From an uncultured bacterium (GTDB taxonomy: Bacteria > Verrucomicrobiota > Lentisphaeria > Victivallales > UBA1829), in the NCBI GenBank assembly GCA_902802585.1, contig CADCMR010000003.1:42394-106393 (forward strand): a stretch of DNA of 64,000 bases, in the 5' to 3' direction. Numbering within the stretch: position 1 is the first letter of the stretch; the number at the start of each line of letters is the position of its first letter. Under the pieces are notes generated by a model, which was not told where the DNA came from, searched no databases, and was given only the letters and a program-made list of their open reading frames with translations. Of the stretch, positions 9,857 through 24,478 are shown piece after piece. The translations under genes were made by a program, and so were the position numbers.

Positions 9857-11545
9857 ATGAAAAAGACACCGGAAACCAGAAAAGACAGCGGATCGCGGAT
9901 CAGGCGTTGGGTGTCGTTCCACATGACGCGCCTGATCGACCAGTGGTCGTTCAACGCTGTGTTCTTCCTGGTATTTCTGAAGCTGCTGCAGCTGTGCAAG
10001 CTGCTTGGCGCAAAGCCGACCGAAAACGGCTGGCGGAAAGTCACCGGGATCTTCCTGAAGGGGGACATCTCCAAATTCATGCTGGGGATTTTCCGCGTGA
10101 CGCCGTATCCGTCCGGGGATCTGCCGTCCTGCATGGACGAGGCCCGGGAGCGTTTCCTTACGAGGTTCGCCGAATTTCTCCGGGCGCACGGGGAGCTTCA
10201 CTGGGCGATCATGCAGAAGACGTTCCGCATGCACCGGCGCCGCCTGACGGAAACCGACCTGCTGGAAGTGGAATTCCGGCAGGACGGCACGCTGGAAAAC
10301 GCGCGGATCGTGCTCGACCCGCGGTATCCGCCATCGGCGCTCTCCGGGAAAGATATCGACACAGTCCTTTCGCTCCTCGTGCGGACGCACAACCGCCTGA
10401 ACGGCGGAACCGATCCGACGCGCTCCCGAAAGCTGTACCGGATTGTGAAGCGGCGCGTATTGTACCTGAACGCCGCCAACCTCGCGAAACGCATGGAGGC
10501 AGTGCGGCTGCTCCGGCGCATGATGAACGCCTCCTGCGTGACGTTCCTGCCGCTGCCGGAACACGGAACCGAGGCGGAAATCCAGGCGGAACGCCTGAGG
10601 ACTCCGGACGTGACGACGTACCGCCATCCGGGCTGGGGACTGCTGAACGTCTTTGTCCGCATCCATCCCCGGCTCGGCGAGGCGGATTTGTGGATCCAGT
10701 ACCACCACGTCCCGGTGGACGGGATGGCGATGCAGGAGGTCCTGACCGAACTGAAAACGGAATGGGGCGAGGCGGGAAAGATGAGCTTCCCCGCGCCGGG
10801 AAGCCCCGCGTCCGAAGTCGAAATCCAGGAGACGCCGCACAAGGGGCTGTTCCGCGCACGGGCGTTCTTCCGGTTCGACGGTCTGCTGGAGCTGAGGCGG
10901 CGACTCAATCAGAAATACGCGGCGGAAATGCGCGGTCCGGCAACGATTGCCGGCATGATCCTCTGGGGGCTCGCGAAATCGCCCCAGCTGCACGACGCGA
11001 AGATGCTCTTCCCGGTCGACGTGGAACCGGGAACCGCCGCGGGGGGAAACGCGCCGCAGCGGTTTGAACGCGAACTGAGCCTGGTCTTCATCCGTCCCTC
11101 CGACTACATGACGCACCTTGAAAAGATGGGCGGGTTCATCCTGTTCCAGCGTGAGTTCAACCGCAGATTGAAAAAGACGCGCTACCGCTGCAGCGAGACC
11201 TATGAGATGCTCGAACTGCTCTCGATGATCCATCCGCTCTTCTACTACTACGCGAAATATCTCATGCCGAAGGAATTCCACGACGTCGTCGGCACGTTCG
11301 GGCTCTCCGTGCTGCGCCATGCGGAAGTCTTCATCGCGCCCGTGACCGACCTGCAGATACGCGGGTTCCTGGCGTTCGGGCGGATGGACATGCCGTGCGA
11401 AGGCGGCGGGACGGCGGGCTGCGTGAGCATCTGCGGCACGCGGGAACAAATCGAAGCGTATCTGGCGGCGCTGGAGCGGATATCCGGCGACTATCAGAGC
11501 TTGCTGGGCAAGCAGAAACAAATAACGGAAGGTGAAATGTCATGA
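9857..11545 (+). CDS. Putative CoA-dependent acyltransferase, HHxxxDG (condensation/CAT-like) superfamily
   Basis: IQYHHVPVDG motif plus a C-terminal GTFGLS...GFLAFGR segment resembling a CAT-fold lobe. ATG at 9857 follows GGAG; the stop overlaps the next ATG (ATGA). Confidence 0.6.
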   Translation: MKKTPETRKDSGSRIRRWVSFHMTRLIDQWSFNAVFFLVFLKLLQLCKLLGAKPTENGWRKVTGIFLKGDISKFMLGIFRVTPYPSGDLPSCMDEARERFLTRFAEFLRAHGELHWAIMQKTFRMHRRRLTETDLLEVEFRQDGTLENARIVLDPRYPPSALSGKDIDTVLSLLVRTHNRLNGGTDPTRSRKLYRIVKRRVLYLNAANLAKRMEAVRLLRRMMNASCVTFLPLPEHGTEAEIQAERLRTPDVTTYRHPGWGLLNVFVRIHPRLGEADLWIQYHHVPVDGMAMQEVLTELKTEWGEAGKMSFPAPGSPASEVEIQETPHKGLFRARAFFRFDGLLELRRRLNQKYAAEMRGPATIAGMILWGLAKSPQLHDAKMLFPVDVEPGTAAGGNAPQRFERELSLVFIRPSDYMTHLEKMGGFILFQREFNRRLKKTRYRCSETYEMLELLSMIHPLFYYYAKYLMPKEFHDVVGTFGLSVLRHAEVFIAPVTDLQIRGFLAFGRMDMPCEGGGTAGCVSICGTREQIEAYLAALERISGDYQSLLGKQKQITEGEMS

Positions 11546-13044
11546 AACGGACACGATTTTTCGGAATGATCCTCGCCGCCGCGGCGGGATTGCTGGTTAT
11601 GCTCGTTCTGAACGCCTGCCAGCCGGACGCGGTCGGCTCGTACCAGTCGGCTCTGACGCCGACGGAAACGATCCTCAGCCGGGCGACCAACCGTTCCCTG
11701 GCATACGAGGGCGTCCGCCGGAATCCCGTGATCCTGATCCACGGACTGCTCGGCGCGCGCCTGGAGGATCCGGCGACCGGAAAGGAGTTCTGGGGGACGT
11801 TTTCGCCGACGCTGCCGGACCGCGAGAGCTTGAAACTGCTGTCCGTGCCGATGAGCTGGGGAAAGCCCTTGCGCGAGCTTTCCAACAACACGCGGGCGTC
11901 GTTCCTGCTGGACTCCGTTTCGGTCAGCCTGATCGGACTGCATTTCTCCATGTCCGCCTACGGGCCGCTGGTCGACACGATCCGGCAGGCTGGCTATGTG
12001 CAGGAAGGCTCGAAGGAGCACCTTGAGGACGGCCGCTGCCCGACGTTCTTCGTGTTTTACTACGACTGGCGGCGGAGCATCGCGGAAAACGCCATGGAAC
12101 TGGGAAAATTCATCCGCGCCAAACAGGAGCTGCTGAGCGGGGAATACCGCGTCCGCTACGGCGCTTCGCCGGATCCCGTGCGGTTCGACCTGATGGGGCA
12201 CAGCATGGGCGGGCTGATCGCGCGGTATTACATGCGGTACGGGGAAACGCCCCTGCCCGGCGAGGGCGCGCCCGACCCCGCGATCACCTGGGCCGGCGCG
12301 AAAAACGTCGGCAAGCTCATCCAGATCGGAACGCCGAACAGCGGCTATCTGGACACCGTCATCGAGCTGGTGAACGGACTGCGGCTTCAGCCGGGTGCGC
12401 CGCTCTACCCCGCCGCCGTGATCGGGACCTTCCCGTCCTTCTATGAAATGATGCCGTTCCCGCAGTTCGCCGCGGTCCGGAAAACCGTTCCCGGCAAGAC
12501 CGAGGAGGAATCCATCGCCCGCGGGGAGGCGGTCGACCTGTATGACCTGGACACGTGGATCCAATATGACTGGGGGCTCGCAAATCCGGACTGCGACGCC
12601 GACCTGCAATGGCTGCTGCCGGACGTGAAGACCGCGACGGAACGGCGGTACGTCGCGCTGGAACACCTTCAGAAATGCCTGAACTCCGCGAAACGCATCG
12701 CGTCCATGCTGTCCACGCCCGATCCGAAGGATTCCGACGTCTTCCAAATGATCTTCATCGGGGACTCCGTGCCGACGTCCTCGCTCGCGCTGGTCGATGA
12801 AAACGGCGGCCTGCGCGTGGTCCGGTACGATTCCGGCGACGGGAAAGTGTCCGCCGTGAGCGCGCGCGCCGACCTGCGCAATCCGGACAATCCGGGTCCG
12901 TGGGGACCGAGGATGGAGTCGCCCGTGCGCTGGAAGGGCGTCATCCACGTGAGCGGGGCGCACATGGGCATCACGGTCGCGCCGGACTTCCTGCACAACA
13001 TGCGGTTCTATCTGGTGCAGTTCCCGGATATGGACGAAGAATGA
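11542..13044 (+). CDS. Lipoprotein alpha/beta hydrolase (LCAT/PGAP1-like lipase/acyltransferase)
   Basis: Lipobox LNAC, oxyanion ILIHGLLG, YYDWRRS, nucleophile GHSMGG, GTPNSG, GDGKV, HMGI. Confidence 0.8.
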   Translation: MKRTRFFGMILAAAAGLLVMLVLNACQPDAVGSYQSALTPTETILSRATNRSLAYEGVRRNPVILIHGLLGARLEDPATGKEFWGTFSPTLPDRESLKLLSVPMSWGKPLRELSNNTRASFLLDSVSVSLIGLHFSMSAYGPLVDTIRQAGYVQEGSKEHLEDGRCPTFFVFYYDWRRSIAENAMELGKFIRAKQELLSGEYRVRYGASPDPVRFDLMGHSMGGLIARYYMRYGETPLPGEGAPDPAITWAGAKNVGKLIQIGTPNSGYLDTVIELVNGLRLQPGAPLYPAAVIGTFPSFYEMMPFPQFAAVRKTVPGKTEEESIARGEAVDLYDLDTWIQYDWGLANPDCDADLQWLLPDVKTATERRYVALEHLQKCLNSAKRIASMLSTPDPKDSDVFQMIFIGDSVPTSSLALVDENGGLRVVRYDSGDGKVSAVSARADLRNPDNPGPWGPRMESPVRWKGVIHVSGAHMGITVAPDFLHNMRFYLVQFPDMDEE

Positions 13045-13126
13045 TCCGGGCAGGGTCCGTCGGCATTTTTCACTCCGCGCTGTGTATGCCCGGGCGCAGC
13101 CGGGCACTGCCGCAGCTTGCCGCCCT

Positions 13127-13375
13127 TCAGAAACGCTTGCTCTGGCGGAAGAAGCACATCTCGTGGCAGCGCGGACAGCGGACGACGTGCTCACGGTCGT
13201 CGCGGGCGAGGAACGTGAGGTTGCATTTGCCGCAGAGATAAAGGCGGTCCTTCACGACGGAATCGCTCGTGTTCTTGCGTTTGCGCAGTTCATCGAAAAC
13301 CCAAAGCAGGGCGATCACGAAAAACCACGTGGCGAAATACCACACGAAAATACGGTCGAGCGGGATCGGGATCAT
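13127..13375 (-). CDS. Small membrane-anchored zinc-ribbon protein
   Basis: MIPIP..., one TM, then CGKC...CPRC. ATGA overlap with the upstream gene. Confidence 0.65.
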   Translation of the reverse strand: MIPIPLDRIFVWYFATWFFVIALLWVFDELRKRKNTSDSVVKDRLYLCGKCNLTFLARDDREHVVRCPRCHEMCFFRQSKRF

Positions 13376-14160
13376 CGGACGGACGCCTCCTTCCGCAGGG
13401 ATTCGGCGGACCACACCACGCGGCAGGCTCCGCCTTCGGTTTTCAGTCCGGCGGGACAATCGGACGAGTTCAGAAGCGTGTCAAGCCAGGCGCGCGCCGC
13501 AAGGTCTAGCTCGGCGACGCCGCAGGATTTCTCCAGCACGGCTTCGTAGGGGAGGTCGGACAGAACGGGTGCCTTAACCAGGAAGACGGACTGTTCCGAG
13601 GGACGCTGCCGTTGCAGAATGCGTTCCTCGGCGGCGCCGGGCCGGAATGCCGGGAAAACCACGCCGGAGGCGGACGACGCCCAGTACGGATACGCTGGAG
13701 CTGCGGTCGGAAGGCTGTCCGGATCGTAGTCCGGAACGTTCGGCAGAAGCGGACGGACAACCGCGGTCAGCGGGACCTGCGGCGCAGGGGACACGGCGGC
13801 GAGTTTCACGGAAAGGGGCGGGTCGAACGGAGCTTCCGGACCTGTTTCCGCCTGACCCGTGCGGAAGAAGGAAAAACCGTATTCCTCCGGCGGATGCAGG
13901 AACGCGACAGGATCGTATGTGTCGACCATTTTCAGGAAAACCGGATCCGATCCCATGGCGCGGGAAGAGACGAACAGCGTGGTCCGGTCTGTGCGCGGGG
14001 CGGCGACCGATTCCGGCTTCAGCGGCGTGAAAACCGTAAACAGCGCCAGATGGATCAGGAGGACCGCCGCGCCGACGGCAAGAAGCATGGACCGCCCGAG
14101 TCGTTCGCGCGGAGGCGATTTGTCTATGGGAAGCATGGGATGTCCGGGGGCGTCAGTCAT
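13372..14160 (-). CDS. TonB-like energy transducer (divergent)
   Basis: N-terminal TM, Pro-rich linker, C-terminal LEKSCGVAELDLAAR resembling the TonB-C SSG...LD.AA signature; lies downstream of exbBD. Confidence 0.5.
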   Translation of the reverse strand: MTDAPGHPMLPIDKSPPRERLGRSMLLAVGAAVLLIHLALFTVFTPLKPESVAAPRTDRTTLFVSSRAMGSDPVFLKMVDTYDPVAFLHPPEEYGFSFFRTGQAETGPEAPFDPPLSVKLAAVSPAPQVPLTAVVRPLLPNVPDYDPDSLPTAAPAYPYWASSASGVVFPAFRPGAAEERILQRQRPSEQSVFLVKAPVLSDLPYEAVLEKSCGVAELDLAARAWLDTLLNSSDCPAGLKTEGGACRVVWSAESLRKEASVR

Positions 14161-14631
14161 GATTCAGGCTCGGTGAAGCTGGTCGTCCTGCCGCGTGAAG
14201 GTCCGGCGGACATGAAAAGCGCGCTGACGTTCAGCTCCTCAGCGATGGACAGGACCTCGGCGACGGCTGTGAGGGACGCATGGACGTCGCAGCGGATGAT
14301 GATGCGTTCCTTGTCCGGCTGGAATCCGCGCGCGTTCAGGGATTCGGAAAGCTGGCGCTTGAGTTCGTCCGCGCCGGAGACGGCGGCGTCGTTGAAGTAG
14401 ATGCGGTTGTCCTTGTCGATGGTCACGACGTAGCTGCGGGAAGTGTAGAGGAACCTGCCGCCGGTCCTAGGGAGTTCGACCTCGACGCCTCGGAGCGGGA
14501 CGAAGTTCGAGCTGAGCATGAAGAAGACCAGCAGGATGAAAAAGACGCAGAAATACAGGACCAGGCTGGGCAGGCCGCTGAATATCTTGCTTGAGATTGG
14601 TCTTTACCTGGATCGGGGCTTCATTCGGCAT
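14157..14631 (-). pseudogene. exbD: ExbD/TolR biopolymer transporter with a disrupted 5' end
   Basis: The body (FFILLVFFMLSS..GVEVELP...IIIRCD...AVAEVLSIA) is ExbD-like. The TM segment is in frame only with ATG 14624, which hits TAA at 14604-14606, or is +1 out of frame with ATG 14631. Confidence 0.6.
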
Positions 14632-15265
14632 GGTCGGCGCCATTTTCTTTTTTGTGGTGGCGGAAGAAATACATGATCTCGGCGGAGGCCTTCTCCATAT
14701 CCGTGCAGAAATCCTGCACGCGGGAGACCAGGTAGTTGTAGGCGATGTGGCACGGAATGGCGACGGAGAGACCGGCGGCGGTGCAGAGGAGCGCCTTGTA
14801 GACGCCCTTGGAGAGTTCGGGGAGGGTCGTGATGGCGGCGTCCGGATTGGCGGTGATGGTCTGGAAGGAGTCCACGAGACCGAGCACGGTGCCGAGGAGG
14901 CCAAGAAGGGGCGTCACGTAGGCGAGCGTGGCGAGGATGTTGAGGCGCGATTCCAGGCGCGGCACTTCGATCAGCGTCTGGGTGGCGAGGGAATCCCGGA
15001 TGTCGTCGTCCTCCTTGTAGGCGCGGATGGCGCTGGAAAGGACGCGCGGGACCGGACCGGGCGAATTGTCGCAGAGCGTAATGGCCTCGCGGATGCCGTC
15101 GCGCCGGAGCACGTTGGTGAGGCCGGTGACGATCTCGTTGACGTCCATCTGGGCGCGGTAGAACTCGAACCATTTCAGGATGAATACGAACGCGGCGATC
15201 AGGGCGCAGATGCCGATAAGCACGATCACGGGACCGCCCTGCTGAAGCATGGACAGATATTTCAT
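14621..15265 (-). CDS. exbB: MotA/TolQ/ExbB proton channel protein
   Basis: LATLAYVTPLLGLLGTVLGLVDSF...GVYKALLCTAAGLSVAIP. Confidence 0.9.
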   Translation of the reverse strand: MKYLSMLQQGGPVIVLIGICALIAAFVFILKWFEFYRAQMDVNEIVTGLTNVLRRDGIREAITLCDNSPGPVPRVLSSAIRAYKEDDDIRDSLATQTLIEVPRLESRLNILATLAYVTPLLGLLGTVLGLVDSFQTITANPDAAITTLPELSKGVYKALLCTAAGLSVAIPCHIAYNYLVSRVQDFCTDMEKASAEIMYFFRHHKKENGADHAE

Positions 15266-18259
15266 GATTTGGATGACTCCGGAGTAATGGTTGTATTGGA
15301 AGACGCCGGGAGAGCCGGCTGGTACTGTTTCTTGCGAAGGGCGCGGACCCGCTGCCGGATCGAAGCCTGGTCGACCGTGCCGGTCCGTTCCAGCCAGCGG
15401 AGCGCCTCGACGGCGGACTCCACGTTGGAGACGGACGGATCCTTGTGCGCGAGGGATTCCATGGCGTCGACCGCGCGGAAAATCCAGAACGCCTCGACGG
15501 GCCTGGACGCGGCATCCCGCGCCGGAACCAGATAGACCACCCGTTTGAAGAGGTCGAACGCCTCTTTCTCGTCGCCCGCTTTCCAGAGGGACTGGCCGGA
15601 CTTGTAGTATGCCATCGCCTCATACTCAGGACGCAGGTTTTTGAGCTTCAGGAGCGCCTGGTACCGTTCGGCAGCCAAACGGCATGCGTCGGCGGACGGG
15701 AAGACGACTTCCGGCGCGGCGTCTTTCGCAGTCTCGCCGGACTTGGCGGGATCGGCGGAATCGGCGGGTTTTGCCGTTCCGGCGGTCTGTGCGGCGGTCG
15801 AAGGCTTCGCGGCAGTCTGTGTTGCGGACGCGGGCTTTGCCGCCGTCTGGGAGACCGCGGAAGCCGTTTCCTTCGGTTTTGATTCGACCGCCGATCCGGT
15901 CGCCAGCGCATAAACGCAGTCCGCCGCCGACCCGAGCGCGGCCTGTTCCAGCAACGTGCCGGGAACAGCTTTCGCCGCCGCCTCGTATTCCGCGCGGGCT
16001 TTTGTAAAATCGTTGAGGGCGCGGGCAATGTCGCCGCGAAGGTAATGGACATCCCCCTTTAATGCGGCGTCCGGGGAAAGCGCGTCGACGGCATCCAGCG
16101 CAGCCTGCGCGGACGGCAGGTCGTCGCGCTGGAAGGCGATCAGCGCCTTTTCGTAGGAAGCGCGGGCACGGATCTTCGGATATTTCTCCTGGTTCAGCAG
16201 CTGGTCGACAGTGCTTTCCGCGTGCTGGACGGACCCCGCACCGCGGTAATGCTCGGCAAGGCGGAGCAGTGCTGCCCCGGCATATTCGGATTCGGGATCG
16301 TCCTCGATGAAACGCCAGGATTCGCGTTCCGCGCCGACCTCGTCGCCGGATGCGTACAGCGCATGGATCAGCCAGTAGCGGCCCGGTCCTGCGACCGGAA
16401 GCGCGGCATAGTCCTGGCGGAGCCTGCGGAGGCTTTCCACGGCTTTTCCGGGCTCGCCGAGACGGATCTGGAGACGTCCGGCGGCATAGAGTGCAGAGGC
16501 GCGGCGCTCCCGGGTCTCAGCCGTTTTCGGCGCGGTTTTCTCGTAGTCGAGATAGCTTTGCGCGGCGGCCGCAGCGTCGCCGGTCCTGTCCTGCGCGACC
16601 GCCGAAAAATAGAGGGCTTCCGGGTCAAGATGTTCGGGATCCGCCTTGCGGAGCTCGGCGGCGGCGTCAAGCAGGTCGGCGTAAAGACCGGCCTCAAGCA
16701 GGCAGCGCATGGCGTTCAGCATGGCTTTGGACCGGAATTCCGGGGAGGACCCGACGGAACGGTAGAGTTTCGCGGCCTCGGCGGGCTTGCCCTCGCGCCA
16801 GGTGATCTCCGCCAGGTCCATCGACCGGGCGGGCTTCTTCGCCGGGACAGTGTCGAACGCCGCGACGAACTTGCGGGCGGACGGGTACGCCTTTTCCGCA
16901 AGCATCATGTCGAGGAACCGGCGGTATACGGTTTCGCGTTCGGCGGCTGGAACGGCCGCGTCCGAAAGGCAAGAGAGGCAGATGTCCAGCGCATCGTCGG
17001 AACGACCCGCCTGAAAGAGCACGGATGCGATCTGGAGCTTGAAATCGGGAGAAAGACTGACATCCTTGAAAAGCGAAAGCATACGGACCGCCAGGTCTGC
17101 GGCGGTCTTCCGGTCCCTGAGGCGCTGGAAAACCCCGATCAGGCGCGTCATGGCGTCGAAAGCGTCCTCCCGGACCGCGGCGAAACCGTATGCCAGGCGG
17201 TATGCCTCGGCGGCGCGCGCGTAATCCTCGCGCCGGGCGAACTCCTCGCCGATGCGGCATGCCGCCAGAAAAAAGAAATTGTCCTTGCGCGGGGAGGAAA
17301 TGGAACGGATCGCGCCCCACTCGTCCGAGACGGCGTCGAAGCCGTCCCTCGAAAGGGTCAGATAGAACCTCAACAGGCTTTTGGCGTCGACGTTGCGCTT
17401 GTTCGCTTCGGCGTCGCGGTTGATCGTTTCGACGTCGCGCTTGTCCGTTTCCGCGTCGCGCTTGTCCGTGCCCGCCTCGCGTTTGTCGGTCTCGGCGTCG
17501 GACAGTTTTTTGAGCAGGTCGAACGCCTCGTCGTACTTGCCGAGCGCCCCGAGCGACAGCGCCTGGCGTTCCAGCGCGCGGCGTCCCAGGGATGCCATGA
17601 GACCGGCTTTCGCAGCGATGTCGCCGTAATACTTCGCGGCGGCGGCGTGGTCGCCCTTGAGTTCAGCGGCGAACGCCGCGCAGGAAAAGACGCGGAGCTT
17701 CATCGGAAGCAGGTCCGGGTCGTCGTTGTCAAGCAAAGGAATCAGCGTGCGGAGCAAATCGTCCGCGGCATCCGCGCGACGCTGAAGGAGCAGGATTTCC
17801 GCCTGCCACAGGGTGACGAGATTCGGGTTCAGCTGCGGAAACGCGGCACGGTATTCCTTCAGAAGCTTGTCCGCGGAATCGGCGAGGTTCGCGAGAATCA
17901 GCGCGTCCAGCTCGCACGCATACGCGTCCTTGCGCGCATCCGCGTCGGCGTTCTGCTCCGCCTTCGCCCGGTACTGGCGGTAGAAACTCGCCGCCGTGCC
18001 GTATTCGCCGCCGGCGCGCGCCCGGTCGCCGGAATCTTTGTCCGGGTACGAGGGCTTTTCCGCTTCCGCGGGGACGGGTTTGACGGCGGACTGTTCCTTC
18101 TGCGCGGAAACCGCCGGTGTGTCCTGCGCGGAAACGGGCGCCATGCCGGAGAGCAGCAGGAGCGTTCCGGCGGCGGTGCAGGCAAAAAGCGCCCTTCCGG
18201 CGCGGAAGCCGGAAAGGGATTCCGCCGGATTCGGAGTCCGGCGGCCGTATGGGAAACGG

Positions 18260-18267
<8 letters not shown>
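15262..18267 (-). CDS. Large exported tetratricopeptide-repeat protein
   Basis: Signal-like hydrophobic N-terminus, many TPR-like helical repeats ([46 protein letters not shown]); translationally coupled to recA and exbB. Confidence 0.8.
17386..17490. repeat. Five degenerate 21-bp tandem units (7-aa repeat) inside the TPR gene
   Basis: Encodes [35 protein letters not shown]. Confidence 0.8.
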
Positions 18268-19363
<1,096 letters not shown>

Positions 19364-19401
19364 GGCTGGTGGATTCCTTTCGGTGTGAGAAGATGAAACT
19401 G

Positions 19402-22131
<2,730 letters not shown>

Positions 22132-22140
22132 TTACTATAT

Positions 22141-22169
22141 AATATACACTGCCCAGCCTCCTTTTTCAA
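22141..22169 (-). promoter_or_regulatory. Sigma70-type promoter of gyrB-recA
   Basis: Minus strand TTGAAA-17 bp-TATATT. Confidence 0.6.
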
Positions 22170-22427
22170 GCGCGTACGCGTATACGCGCGAAGAAAACCC
22201 CGTTTTTTTCAAAAAAAGAATCCGTTCGATAAAAACGCCTACATCCTCGTGTGTCAAAAGAGGAAACAATTACGGACGCGGAATATATCACAATCATTCA
22301 AAAATAGCAATTTTAGCATTGAATCCAAAAAGACAAAATGGAACCGGACACGCTGCCCGGTCTTGAAATCGGGAGGTGCCAGGTTCCACTTGGATTGCCG
22401 CCTGTTCAGGCGGCCGGAACGCGGGAA

Positions 22428-22586
22428 TTATTCCGGGTTGAAGTCGGACTTGGAAACGCCGCAAACAGGGCAGACCCAGTCTTCCGGGACGTCTTCCCAG
22501 GCGGTTCCGGGCGCGATTCCGCTGTCGGGATCGCCGACGGCGGGGTCATAGACATAACCGCAGACGCTGCAAACATACTTTTTCAT
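22428..22586 (-). CDS. Rubredoxin
   Basis: [15 protein letters not shown]...WVCPVCG. Confidence 0.97.
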   Translation of the reverse strand: MKKYVCSVCGYVYDPAVGDPDSGIAPGTAWEDVPEDWVCPVCGVSKSDFNPE

Positions 22587-22617
22587 GACGGAGATTCCTT
22601 TCTGGTTTCGGACGTGG

Positions 22618-23823
22618 TTATTGGGCGGAGCGCGCGAGCAGGGCGTCGCCGACGGCTTTGCCGAGGGCCGCGCACTGGTCAAGCGCTGCCGCGGTGGGTA
22701 CGTATTTGACCTTCAGGCCGGGCGCGACGAGTTCGACGCCGGCGCCTTTCAGGTATTCCTCGATCTTCGCGACGGATTCGCCGCTCCAGCCGAAGGAGCC
22801 GAACGCCGCGCCGACCATGTTCTTCGGACGGAGCCCGCGAAGGTAGGTCAGGACGTCCGCCGTGCGGGGATAGAGGTCGTTGTTGATGGTGGGAGAGCCG
22901 ACGACGAGCGCGGAAGCCTTCAGCATGGCGGCCGCGGCGTCGCTGCGGGTGCAGGAGGCGAGGCAGAGGACCTGGACGCCGCAACCGGTCTCGCGGATGG
23001 CGTCGGCAATGGCAAACGCCATTTTTTCGGTGCTGTGCCACATGGTATCGTAAAGCACGAGGGCGTTCGGCGTGACCGCCTGCTCGGCGAACTCCTTGTA
23101 CCACGCGAGCGGAGTGCCCAGCATGTCGCCGCGCCACAGCGGACCGTGGTCCGGCGCGATGACCGTGACGTCGAGCCCGAGTCCGGGAAAAGCTTCGAGG
23201 AGCTTCAGGACCTGCGGGGAATACGGCAGGAGGATGTTCGCGTAGTAGCGTTCGGCCTCTTCTCGCATGGTCGGGAGGTCGTTTTCATCCGCAAAAATCT
23301 TTGCGACGGCATAGTGCATGCCGAAGCCGTCCTGGGAGAAGAGAACGTTGTCGCCGGTAAGGTAGCTGAACATGCTGTCCGGCCAGTGGAGCATACGCGT
23401 CTCGACGAACTTGAGCGAGCATTCACCGAGCTCGATGGCGTCGCCGCTTTTCACGGGCTTGATTGTTCCGGCGAGATCGTGGAAATGTGCTTCGAGCGCC
23501 TTCACGCCGAGAGTGGAGGCATACACGGCGGACGGGTTCACACGCGCGATGGTCTCGGGCAGGGAGCCGGAGTGATCCATTTCGGCATGGTTGGAGACGA
23601 TCACGTCGATCTTCGCGGGATCGACGACGGATGCGATGCGCTCCATCATCTCGCCAAAAAACGGAGCCTTGACCGTGTCGACAAGCGTGATCTTCTGATC
23701 CATGATAAGGAAGGCGTTATAGGTGGAGCCGCGGCGGGTGGTGTAGCCGTGGAATTCCTTGAGCTGCCAGTCGATGGCGCCGACCCACCAGACTTTAGGG
23801 GAGACCCGGATCGCTTTCATCAT
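22618..23823 (-). CDS. fprA: Flavodiiron protein (FprA/rubredoxin:oxygen oxidoreductase family)
   Basis: [10 protein letters not shown] di-iron motif, HWPDS, flavodoxin YDTMWHST and FGSFGWSG. Confidence 0.95.
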   Translation of the reverse strand: MMKAIRVSPKVWWVGAIDWQLKEFHGYTTRRGSTYNAFLIMDQKITLVDTVKAPFFGEMMERIASVVDPAKIDVIVSNHAEMDHSGSLPETIARVNPSAVYASTLGVKALEAHFHDLAGTIKPVKSGDAIELGECSLKFVETRMLHWPDSMFSYLTGDNVLFSQDGFGMHYAVAKIFADENDLPTMREEAERYYANILLPYSPQVLKLLEAFPGLGLDVTVIAPDHGPLWRGDMLGTPLAWYKEFAEQAVTPNALVLYDTMWHSTEKMAFAIADAIRETGCGVQVLCLASCTRSDAAAAMLKASALVVGSPTINNDLYPRTADVLTYLRGLRPKNMVGAAFGSFGWSGESVAKIEEYLKGAGVELVAPGLKVKYVPTAAALDQCAALGKAVGDALLARSAQ

Positions 23824-23871
23824 AGTTGTGCGTGTGTCCTTTCGTGAGGGTATGTTGAGGATATTTTGAGG

Positions 23872-24270
23872 TTACGGGATCGTAAAGGTCCAGAGGCCGT
23901 GGAGATTGCAGTATTCGCGCAGGATGAGGCCGCTCCGGTATTTGACCGGGAAGACGGCTTCCGGCACGTCGCCCGGGTTCAAGTATCTGCGGCAGACCAT
24001 GTCGCCGTCGACGACCTCGATCCACTGGATGTAATGCGCCTCCATCATCGGATGCGCCACCGCGCCGACCGTGACTTTGAGCTGGTCGCCAAGCGGCGCG
24101 GCTACCGGGACATGCTTTTCGCCCGCGCCGTCGGAATGGTTCTCCATCATGCGCGCCATGCCGCGTCCGCAGCAGGCGGGGATGCAGTCATCGCCCTTTT
24201 CGCACGGCTGAAGCGCCTCGAAGACGATGCCGCACTCGGCGCATTTCCAGATCGTGTTCGGTTCTTTCAT
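23872..24270 (-). CDS. dfx: Desulfoferrodoxin / superoxide reductase
   Basis: CAECG...CC desulforedoxin domain, EKHVP, HPM..HYIQWI, EYCNLHGLW. Confidence 0.95.
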   Translation of the reverse strand: MKEPNTIWKCAECGIVFEALQPCEKGDDCIPACCGRGMARMMENHSDGAGEKHVPVAAPLGDQLKVTVGAVAHPMMEAHYIQWIEVVDGDMVCRRYLNPGDVPEAVFPVKYRSGLILREYCNLHGLWTFTIP

Positions 24271-24361
24271 GTGATTTCCCCCTCAATAATGCAGGTCCGG
24301 ACGCGCTGTCCCGGCCGGCGGATCCGTCCGGTTTGATTCATGCGTCCGCGATTGTTTCAAT

Positions 24362-24390
24362 ACTGTACCACCGGGGCACGGAAAATGCAA
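24362..24390 (-). promoter_or_regulatory. Sigma70-type promoter of dfx-fprA-rubredoxin
   Basis: Minus strand TTGCAT-17 bp-TACAGT. Confidence 0.6.
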
Positions 24391-24422
24391 GCCCGTAACG
24401 AGGAAAAGCGACGAAGAAAAAC

Positions 24423-24465
24423 AAAAAAGCCGCCGGGAAGAGCGGTGAAGCTCCTGCCCGACGGC
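24423..24465 (-). terminator. Intrinsic terminator ending the phage-like operon
   Basis: GC-rich imperfect stem (GCCG...GAGC GGTGAA GCTC...CGGC) followed on the minus strand by TTTTTTG. Confidence 0.65.
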
Positions 24466-24478
24466 AAAGGAAAAACGG

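Noticed and set aside
22170-22427. AT-rich gap upstream of gyrB as oriC
   Set aside because: No TTATCCACA-type DnaA boxes seen and no dnaA/dnaN nearby; consistent with promoter/terminator DNA.
22428-24270. dfx-fprA-rubredoxin cluster as a novel system
   Set aside because: Standard anaerobe oxygen/superoxide detoxification set.
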